Source: a virus | Lineage: Duplodnaviria; Caudoviricetes | Virus record (IMG/VR): IMGVR_UViG_3300016649_000049 | Span: 1 to 32,396 of that record | Length of the DNA stretch: 32,396 nucleotides | Reading direction: 5' to 3' (one strand) | Shown here: one piece after another, positions 8,611 through 15,925 of the stretch | How positions within the stretch are numbered: position 1 is the first letter of the stretch | Layout: each line of letters opens with the position of its first letter | Translations under genes and position numbers: made by a program | Notes under the pieces: model-generated | The model's database searches: none | Told to the model about the DNA's origin: nothing | Seen by the model: the letters and a program-made list of their open reading frames with translations, nothing else

Positions 8611-8626
8611 TATCAATATATTGATA
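8611..8626. promoter_or_regulatory. Perfect 16-bp palindrome upstream of the scaffold/MCP genes (candidate operator)
   Basis: TATCAATATATTGATA in the 8589-8662 intergenic gap, next to TTGATT (8602-07); AAGGAG SD precedes ATG 8663. Confidence 0.45.
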
Positions 8627-8662
8627 AATCACAAATATTAACATATAGAAGGAGAACAAAGT

Positions 8663-9397
8663 ATGAACGACACAGTAAACAAGTCGGTTGAGAATACAGC
8701 ATCTCAGGAAAATGCTGGAGTAAACGAAGTTTCTGAAACAACTTCAACTGAGAACAAAGTTTTTACTGCCGAGCAGTTAGAACAAATAGTTCAAAGAAGA
8801 TTAGAAAGATATAAAAAATCTGTATCTAATAAACTTGATGGCATAGATATTGAAGAAGCCAAAAAGTTAATTGAAGAAAAGAAACTTAAAGAACTAGAAA
8901 TCGCTAAACAACGTGGCGAGTTTGATAAAGTTCTGAAGGAGACAGTATCAAAAAAGGATTCAAAAATTCAATCGTTGGAGACTGAATTAAAAAGGATTCG
9001 TATAGACGAAACTTTAGTCAATGTAGCTAGTGGAATGAAAGCTGTTAAACCAGCAGAAGTGAAACAGTTACTAAGATCAAATGTTAGACTTAACGATCAA
9101 GGTTCTGTTGAAGTTATCAACGAAGATGGAACTCCTAGATATTCAGATAAAGGCGAACCAATGAGTGTAAACGAATTAGTTGCCGAATATTTAAAAAACA
9201 ATCCACACCATGTTTTATCTACACCATCAGGTGCAGGTAGCAAGGGTCAGATTGGTGGTGCTACTCCAAAGCAAATAAATATTGGTGATCTTGACTTGAA
9301 TAATCCTAATGACAGAAAATTATATGCTGACATGAGGAAACAAAGAGATCAAGGTGTGTTTAAAATGAAAATAACTAACAACAACAACAAACTATAA
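8663..9397 (+). CDS. Capsid scaffolding protein
   Basis: Acidic N-terminus, FTAEQLEQIVQRRLER, coiled coil and GAGS tail; directly before the MCP. Confidence 0.85.
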   Translation: MNDTVNKSVENTASQENAGVNEVSETTSTENKVFTAEQLEQIVQRRLERYKKSVSNKLDGIDIEEAKKLIEEKKLKELEIAKQRGEFDKVLKETVSKKDSKIQSLETELKRIRIDETLVNVASGMKAVKPAEVKQLLRSNVRLNDQGSVEVINEDGTPRYSDKGEPMSVNELVAEYLKNNPHHVLSTPSGAGSKGQIGGATPKQINIGDLDLNNPNDRKLYADMRKQRDQGVFKMKITNNNNKL

Positions 9398-9403
9398 AAA
9401 ACT

Positions 9404-10261
9404 ATGGCAAATGAAACAACAAGTTCAACATTAAGTGAACTTTTTACGAATATAACTCAAGAAGCTATATTCACATTCCAAGAAACTTCAGTTATGAGAC
9501 CACTTGTGACTACTTACCCAATAAGTGGTTCTGGTAAAACTATTGAAGTTCCTGTGTACCCAACAATTAGTGCATCAGCAGTAAACGAAGCTTCTGATTT
9601 ATCTAATACAGCAGTAAACCCTACTTCAGCTACTATCACAGCTTCAGAAGTTGGTGTTATGACAACTTTAACTGACTTAGCTAGAGATTCAGCTAGTCGT
9701 AATGTTGGTGCTGATATTGGAAAATTGTTTGGTGAAGCAATCGCTAAAAAAGTTGATACAGATTTAACTGCATTACTTGATGACTTTGCATCTGCAAACG
9801 ATCAAGGTGGTGCTGGAACTGAATTAACTGCTGACTTGCTTTTCAAAGCACAAGCAATATTAAGAACTGCAAATGTACCTGCACCTTACTATGCTGTGTT
9901 TCACCCTAAAGCAACTTTCAATTTAAAGAAAACTTTGACTCAACCAGCTTACACAACTACAAGTTCTGGTTATTCAATTTCTGAAATTGGAAATGAAGCT
10001 TTAAGAAATGGATATATCGGTAGAATTGCTGGTATTGATATTTTTGAAAACGCAAACATTTCTATTGATGCTTATGATGATTCTTGGGGTGGTGTATTTC
10101 ACCCTCAATCTTTAGGTCTTGCTCTTAAAGAGGACTTTAAAGTTGAATCACAACGTGACGCAAGTTTACGAGCAACAGAAATAGTTAGTAGCATAACTTA
10201 CGGAGTAGGTGTTCTTAAAGATACTTATGGTGTAAGTGTTAAAACTGATACTGCTCTTTAA
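9404..10261 (+). CDS. Major capsid protein (HK97 fold)
   Basis: GKTIEVP, E.SDL, GEAIAKKVD, FHP and G.IGRIAGIDIFE motifs; follows the scaffold. Confidence 0.93.
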   Translation: MANETTSSTLSELFTNITQEAIFTFQETSVMRPLVTTYPISGSGKTIEVPVYPTISASAVNEASDLSNTAVNPTSATITASEVGVMTTLTDLARDSASRNVGADIGKLFGEAIAKKVDTDLTALLDDFASANDQGGAGTELTADLLFKAQAILRTANVPAPYYAVFHPKATFNLKKTLTQPAYTTTSSGYSISEIGNEALRNGYIGRIAGIDIFENANISIDAYDDSWGGVFHPQSLGLALKEDFKVESQRDASLRATEIVSSITYGVGVLKDTYGVSVKTDTAL

Positions 10262-10271
10262 TTAATAAATC

Positions 10272-10293
10272 GGTGGGGTGTAAAAACCCCACC
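10272..10293 (+). terminator. GC-rich hairpin after the MCP (terminator or mRNA stabiliser)
   Basis: GGTGGGGT-GTAAAA-ACCCCACC; no U-tract on the + strand. Confidence 0.65.
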
Positions 10294-10307
10294 AACAAAA
10301 TATAACT

Positions 10308-10772
10308 ATGGCAAATTTTTCTACTGACACAGATTTATCATTCTACCAACCAGATATTTTAACTTTTGGAATAGCAAATTTTACATCTCCAAACGATTAT
10401 CATGCACAAGCACGAGCAGATATTGAAAGAGAATTAAGAATTAAATGGTTTCCAGTTTATGCAAAGGAAACTTATAGAGATATAGCAATTTTAAACACAA
10501 CAGAAATGGACGCAACATTATTAACTGATGCACAATTTAAAAGAGCAAGTGTATTTAGAGTCATAGGTTTTTATTGCTGTCCACAATTAACTAAATTCAA
10601 TTCAAACGACAATCCTGACAGATTCCAAGTTATGATGAAACACTATCAACAAATGTATGCTGACGAAATGGAACAGATACTTAGAGATGGTGTTGAATAT
10701 GATGCTGATGATTCTAATACAATCGCTGACGCAGAAAAAGCACCATATCATAGACTTAAACTAATTAGATGA
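10308..10772 (+). CDS. Head-tail adaptor/connector protein
   Basis: Position after the MCP, 154 aa, helical; YDADDSNTIADAE near the C-terminus. Confidence 0.65.
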   Translation: MANFSTDTDLSFYQPDILTFGIANFTSPNDYHAQARADIERELRIKWFPVYAKETYRDIAILNTTEMDATLLTDAQFKRASVFRVIGFYCCPQLTKFNSNDNPDRFQVMMKHYQQMYADEMEQILRDGVEYDADDSNTIADAEKAPYHRLKLIR

Positions 10773-11209
10773 AAATAACTGTTAGTGATAACTCTTTACA
10801 AGTTGCTAAGAACTTTGAAAAACAAGTAAGAGAACAACCACAAATAGTTAAAACAGCTTTAGGAAGAACTGCTGAGTTCTTAATGGGTTTAATAAAACAA
10901 AGAACAGCAAAAGGCATAAGTGCAGATGGCAATTCATTCCCACCATACACAGAAGCATATAAAACATTTAGACAAAATGCTGGGAGACAAACACAATATC
11001 CTGATCTTAATTTCTCAGGTCAAATGTTATCAAACATAACACAAAGATCAGAACCTAGTTATGCTATTATTTACTTTGCTAACAAATTCCAAAATGTTAA
11101 AGCACTAGGCAATCAAAAGAAACGTAAATTCTTTGCTATTGGTTCAAGAGAAATACAACCAGTAATGAATGTATTTATGCAAACATATAACAAACTTAGC
11201 AAGATATGA
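10769..11209 (+). CDS. Neck/virion morphogenesis protein
   Basis: G.SADG..F.PY..Y, DLNFSGQML and RKFFAI motifs; ATGA coupling. Confidence 0.65.
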   Translation: MKITVSDNSLQVAKNFEKQVREQPQIVKTALGRTAEFLMGLIKQRTAKGISADGNSFPPYTEAYKTFRQNAGRQTQYPDLNFSGQMLSNITQRSEPSYAIIYFANKFQNVKALGNQKKRKFFAIGSREIQPVMNVFMQTYNKLSKI

Positions 11210-11646
11210 GTAAACGAGAAGATATAGCATCTAATATAGTTACAGCAATTTCTACTGGCACATCTCCAATAACTTTAAAGAAAGTTACTAGAGAACCATT
11301 TAATGTTGATGAATTATCTGAACAACAATATCCAGCTTGTTTTGTTCAATCTGGTAATGAAGTAAGATCAGATGAAACAATGACATCAAGCACAATCACA
11401 AGACAAGCAACTGCTGATTTTGTAATTGTTGGATATGTAAAAGGAACTTCAACAAATATTGACACAAAAAGAAACGAGTTAATAACTACGATTGAAACTA
11501 GATTAAATTCTGATAGAACACGAGGTGGGTATGCAAAACAAACTCAGGTAGTAGAAGTTTCTACTGATGAAGGAGTTTTATTCCCAATAGGTGGTATCAG
11601 AATGGTGGTGCGAGTTATGTACCAATACACATCTGGCACACCTTAA
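11206..11646 (+). CDS. Tail terminator/completion protein
   Basis: MSKREDIA..I start and YPA motif; directly before the tail tube. Confidence 0.65.
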   Translation: MSKREDIASNIVTAISTGTSPITLKKVTREPFNVDELSEQQYPACFVQSGNEVRSDETMTSSTITRQATADFVIVGYVKGTSTNIDTKRNELITTIETRLNSDRTRGGYAKQTQVVEVSTDEGVLFPIGGIRMVVRVMYQYTSGTP

Positions 11647-11669
11647 TATAAACAAACAAGGAGAACAAC

Positions 11670-12056
11670 ATGGCAACTCATACTGGTTCAGAAGGAACGA
11701 TCAAAGTTAGCACTACAACAGTAGGCGAACTTAGAAGTTATACTTTAGACCAATCTGCTGACACTATTGAAGATACTTCAATGGGGGATTCAGTAAGAAC
11801 TTATAAAGCTGGTTTAAAAGCTTGGTCAGGTTCGGCTTCATTATTTTTTGATGAGACTGATGCTGGTCAATTACTTTTAGTTTTAGGAACTGAAATAGCA
11901 TTAAAAGTTTACCCTGAAGGTGCTTCATCTGGTGATAAATATTACTATGGTCAAGCAATCATTACTGGTAGCAATATATCTGCATCTTTTGATGGAATGG
12001 TAGAAGCAGAAATTACATTTACTGGAACAGGTGCATTAACTTTAGGAACTGCATAA
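11670..12056 (+). CDS. Major tail tube protein
   Basis: EDTSMGD..RTYKAGLKAWSGS and FTGTGAL; AGGAG SD. Confidence 0.85.
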   Translation: MATHTGSEGTIKVSTTTVGELRSYTLDQSADTIEDTSMGDSVRTYKAGLKAWSGSASLFFDETDAGQLLLVLGTEIALKVYPEGASSGDKYYYGQAIITGSNISASFDGMVEAEITFTGTGALTLGTA

Positions 12057-12082
12057 TTAATTATTAATTAGAAAAGGAAGAT

Positions 12083-12418
12083 ATGAACGTAATAGATAGG
12101 GTTAAAAGTCAATTTGAATCTTTAGGTATTAAAAAGATTGAGGTAGCTGAATGGGGCGAGGAAGGCAAACCTTTAACAATATATTCATCACCAATAACTT
12201 TAGCTGAAAAAAGAAACTTATTTAAAGGTGCTAAGAATGATGATCTAGGAGTATTAGTAGATGTTATTGTTCTTAAAGCAAAAGATTCAGAAGGAAATAA
12301 AATTTTTAAATTAGATGATAAGCAAGTTTTATTGAATAATGCTGATACTAATGTTATAGCTAGAGTAGCAACAGAAATTTTATCTGGTGTTTCTTATGAG
12401 GAAGCTGAAAAAAAGTAA
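12083..12418 (+). CDS. Tail assembly chaperone (gpG-like)
   Basis: Between tube and tape measure; IEVAEWG motif; ends GAA AAA AAG TAA. Confidence 0.85.
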   Translation: MNVIDRVKSQFESLGIKKIEVAEWGEEGKPLTIYSSPITLAEKRNLFKGAKNDDLGVLVDVIVLKAKDSEGNKIFKLDDKQVLLNNADTNVIARVATEILSGVSYEEAEKK

Positions 12419-12594
12419 GATCTGATTCTGAGTTATATTCTATACTTGCTCTAGGTCAGGAATTAAAAAAAAGTATGGAAGAAATTTGTCTTATGACACA
12501 AGATGAATTTAATTATTGGATAGCTTATTTTAAAGTGAAGGCAGAACGAGAAAAACTACACTATGGCAGATCAGCAGTTAAAAATAAGAATTGA
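12409..12594 (+). CDS. -1 frameshift extension of the tail chaperone (gpGT-like)
   Basis: Slippery A AAA AAG at 12409-15. The -1 frame reads KKVRSDSELYSILALGQELKKSMEEICLMTQDEFNYWIAYFKVKAERE...KNKN*, with the typical EF..W.AYF motif. Confidence 0.85.
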   Translation, partial: KKVRSDSELYSILALGQELKKSMEEICLMTQDEFNYWIAYFKVKAEREKLHYGRSAVKNKN

Positions 12595-14353
12595 TGCAAT
12601 AGATAATGCTTCAAAAGCTTTAATAGAAGTTAAAAATCAATTAAAGGGATTAGGAAAAACAACAGATGATATTTCAACAAGTTTCTTTACACTTAAAAAT
12701 GCAATATTAGCATTTGCTACTGGTGCAACTATTAATGGTGTAATAAATCAAACAAAAAAATTTCAAGATTTACAAACTACTTTATCAAGAGTTACTGGTT
12801 CTGTTGAAAATGGAACACAAGTATTAAATTTTCTAATTGATACAACTAGAAAATCAACATTTAATGTTCAAGATTTAGCCAACGCATATATAACATTATC
12901 AACTGCTGGAATAGCACCTACTGAAAGACTTTTAAAAATATTTACTGATACTGCTTCTGCTTCAACAGATCAAATAGATACTTTAAATGATTTAACAAGA
13001 TTATTTGCTAAAGGTGTTCAAGGTGGATTAGGAATACAAGCATTAACACAATTAGTTTCAAAAGGAATACCAGCATTTAAAATATTAGAAAATGAATTAG
13101 GATTATCAAGAGATGGTATAGAAAAATTTGCAGAAACAACAAGAGGTGCAAATAGAATATTAGAAGCTTTATTAAATGGTTTAGAAAAATCATTTTCTGG
13201 TGCTACTGAAGCTAGAGCAGGTAATTTATCAACTGCAATTTCAAGATTAGGAAAAGAAACAGATTTAGTATTATTGAAGATTGGAGATCAAGGTTTAACT
13301 AAATCTGTAAATGATTTAGCTGATGCTTTTGCTTCATTAACAAAAGAAGGTGATCCTTTATTACAATTCTTAGGTAGTCTTACAAGTTTTTTTGCTGATG
13401 CAACTACTGGATTTATTAAATTCTCACAAGATGTCGCTAAAGCAATTAAACAAACAATAGGAGAAGAAATAAGAGATGTTAATAGAGCATTTGATTTGTT
13501 ATTAGGAAAAACTAGTAAAGCAAAAACAAGTGTATCTGGTACATTTACTTCACCAACAGAAATAACAGGTATATCTACTGGACTTCCAAAAACAGAAGCA
13601 CAACCACAACCATTATTAGATTTACAAGTTGTTTTAAAAAGAGTTATTGAAGATAATCAAAATAAAATAGATAGAATTAACGATTCATTTTCTACTACAA
13701 AAGGATTAACAAAAACAATAACTGAAACTTTAAATGCTGGTATAGGAGACTTTTCTCAAAAATTAGCTGAATCTATTGTATTAGGAAAAGAACTTTCAGA
13801 TGTATTTAGATCACTAACACAAAGTTTATTAGTATCTATTTTAAAACAAGCCATTGAATTAATTGCTAGAGAAACATTATTGTACTTTTGGAAACAATTA
13901 CAAACATCAGAACTATTTAAACAATTAGCTGTTGAAAAACAAATAACAGCAGAAAAAATACAACAAGCATCTATAACTTCTGCTTCTGGTGGTGGTGGGT
14001 TTTTAAGTACATTATTTAATATTGGTGCAAGTTTATTTACTGGTGGTGCAGGTGGTGGTTTTAATCCTGACATAGGTGGAATACCAGATACTTATGTTGG
14101 AATGGCAGAAGGTGGTGCTGTTAGAGGTGGTATGCCAATCACAGTTGGAGAACGAGGTAGAGAATTATTTATACCATCTACTAATGGAACTATTATTCCT
14201 AATCATAGTTTAGGTGGTGGAACAAATATTACATTTAATATTCAAGCAAATGATGTTAGAGGTATTAGAGAATTATTAATTGATAATAGAGCAACTATAA
14301 TTAACTTAGTTAATCAAGGTGCTAATGCAAAAGGAAAGTCTAATATAGTATGA
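12563..14353 (+). CDS. Tape measure protein
   Basis: IRIDAID start, tape-measure domain (L..L...GIPAF.IL) and C-terminal AEGG...VGERGRELFIP. Confidence 0.92.
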   Translation: MADQQLKIRIDAIDNASKALIEVKNQLKGLGKTTDDISTSFFTLKNAILAFATGATINGVINQTKKFQDLQTTLSRVTGSVENGTQVLNFLIDTTRKSTFNVQDLANAYITLSTAGIAPTERLLKIFTDTASASTDQIDTLNDLTRLFAKGVQGGLGIQALTQLVSKGIPAFKILENELGLSRDGIEKFAETTRGANRILEALLNGLEKSFSGATEARAGNLSTAISRLGKETDLVLLKIGDQGLTKSVNDLADAFASLTKEGDPLLQFLGSLTSFFADATTGFIKFSQDVAKAIKQTIGEEIRDVNRAFDLLLGKTSKAKTSVSGTFTSPTEITGISTGLPKTEAQPQPLLDLQVVLKRVIEDNQNKIDRINDSFSTTKGLTKTITETLNAGIGDFSQKLAESIVLGKELSDVFRSLTQSLLVSILKQAIELIARETLLYFWKQLQTSELFKQLAVEKQITAEKIQQASITSASGGGGFLSTLFNIGASLFTGGAGGGFNPDIGGIPDTYVGMAEGGAVRGGMPITVGERGRELFIPSTNGTIIPNHSLGGGTNITFNIQANDVRGIRELLIDNRATIINLVNQGANAKGKSNIV

Positions 14354-14952
14354 GTGGAACATTCCCATCTAGTCCAGCACCAAGTGGTGTAGCAATATCT
14401 TCTAATCAAAACACTATTGTTACAACAACTGCTTCTGGGAGACGTCAAGCAAGACAAATTGATGGACAAAAATTTAGATTAAGAGTTAGATTTCCAATTA
14501 TGACTAGAGCAGAATTTGCACCTATAAATGCTTTTATAATGAAACAAAGAAGCCAAATGGAATCATTCCAATTTACTCCACCGACAGTAGATGACACTTT
14601 AGGTTCTGCTAGTACAGTTATATCAGTTAATGGTGCTATAAGTGCTGGTGCTACTTCTTGTTCTATTGATGGAATGTCAAATAGTACAAATGGAGTTTTA
14701 AAAGCAGGAGATTACATTAGATTTACTGGACAGAATAAAGTTTATATGTGTGTAGCAGATGTGAACTCTAATGGTTCTGGTGCAGGAACATTAACTTTTG
14801 AACCACCATTAAGAACTGCTGTATCTGATAATACTGTATTAATTTATAACAATGTAGATTTTACAGTTGGACTTACAGGAGATATTCAAGAATTTAATAT
14901 TAGCACAGAAAATTACTTTCAATACGAAGTTGATCTTATAGAGGTGTTGTAA
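14350..14952 (+). CDS. Distal tail protein-like
   Basis: Follows the TMP; SGRRQAR, LKAGDYIRF..KVYM and FEPPLR motifs. Confidence 0.7.
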   Translation: MSGTFPSSPAPSGVAISSNQNTIVTTTASGRRQARQIDGQKFRLRVRFPIMTRAEFAPINAFIMKQRSQMESFQFTPPTVDDTLGSASTVISVNGAISAGATSCSIDGMSNSTNGVLKAGDYIRFTGQNKVYMCVADVNSNGSGAGTLTFEPPLRTAVSDNTVLIYNNVDFTVGLTGDIQEFNISTENYFQYEVDLIEVL

Positions 14953-15506
14953 TGCCTAGATCGTTAAGTGCTTCAGTCATAACAGAACTTGCAACAAATA
15001 AACTAAACCCAGTAGAGTTAGTTTATTTAGGAATTGGTGCAGGAACTTATTACACAGATCATTATAAAAATTTAACTTATGATGGAAACACTTATACAGC
15101 TTCATCATTATTTTTAGGAAGTTCAGAAGTACAAGAAACTGCTGATGTTTCTGTAAATAATCTTACTTTAAAATTCTCAGGTGCAGATACAACAATAATC
15201 TCTTTGCTTTTAAACAATGACTATATGAACAAACAAGCAAAAGTTTATAGAGGTTTTTTAGATGATTCTCAGGCATTAATAGCTGACCCATTTCTTTTGT
15301 TTGATGGAAGAATATCTAATTTTTCATTAGAAGAAAACGCAACTACATCATCAATTAATATTGTTATAGCATCACATTGGGCAGATTTTGAAAAAGTTTC
15401 AGGAAGAAGAACAGCAATTAACTCACAAAAGATTTATTTTCCAACAGATGAAGGAATGGAATTTGCATCTAAGACTGCACAGAAGATTAAATGGGGAGTA
15501 GCTTAA
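14952..15506 (+). CDS. Tail tip/baseplate hub protein (DUF2163/gpL-like)
   Basis: YTDH..L.YDGNTY, LFDGRI, SHWADFE and GRRT..SQ...FP.D.G.EF motifs. Confidence 0.75.
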   Translation: MPRSLSASVITELATNKLNPVELVYLGIGAGTYYTDHYKNLTYDGNTYTASSLFLGSSEVQETADVSVNNLTLKFSGADTTIISLLLNNDYMNKQAKVYRGFLDDSQALIADPFLLFDGRISNFSLEENATTSSINIVIASHWADFEKVSGRRTAINSQKIYFPTDEGMEFASKTAQKIKWGVA

Positions 15507-15925
15507 TGACTGACTTATACAGAATAGTTCATTTGTATAGACAATTTCCTAAATATGATAAATTTACATACGAGCAATTAGTAACAATGATAACTCCATC
15601 TTTAAACTTAGATCAATACCAAATTCATAGAGTTAAAAACGAAGATGTTGGTTATACTAATTGGGCATACTTAAATGATATTGTTGAACACAGATATAAA
15701 CTAACTGGCAAATTAAAAGCTAATGAATGGAATTGTGGTAAAAATATTTGGGTTATTGGAGTTATAGCTAAAAGCCATACATTCCAAATAATGTCTTGGG
15801 TTAAAGAATATTTCAAACCAAAATTAGAAATTAATCAATCTATTAAATGGATTAGAGCAGATAATGATTTAAACATTTATAGAAGATCAGAAAAATACAA
15901 AAGACAATTTCATATACACGCATGA
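15506..15925 (+). CDS. HlyC/RtxC-like toxin-activating lysine acyltransferase homolog
   Basis: P..LDQY..VGYTNWAYL...E..Y...L...EWNCGKNIWVIGVIA..IRAD is collinear with HlyC P...NQY..VAYCSWANL...E..Y...L...DWTSGDRKWFIDWIA..IRVD (HlyC recalled from memory). Start set at the TAATG overlap, 15506. Confidence 0.8.
   Translation: MTDLYRIVHLYRQFPKYDKFTYEQLVTMITPSLNLDQYQIHRVKNEDVGYTNWAYLNDIVEHRYKLTGKLKANEWNCGKNIWVIGVIAKSHTFQIMSWVKEYFKPKLEINQSIKWIRADNDLNIYRRSEKYKRQFHIHA

Noticed and set aside
9374-9392. (AAC)n run at the end of the scaffold gene as a possible recoding or contingency site
   Set aside because: Short poly-Asn codon run that also serves as an unstructured A-rich MCP leader. Scaffold and MCP are in the same frame, but a TAA stop gives no evidence of readthrough.
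10308-10345. Adaptor N-terminus MANFSTDTDLS resembling the MCP start
   Set aside because: Only MAN, one T and LS match; too weak compared with the 13/16 match at 595.
12053-12070. ATAATTAATTAT palindrome after the tail tube gene
   Set aside because: Pure A/T low complexity; likely chance.
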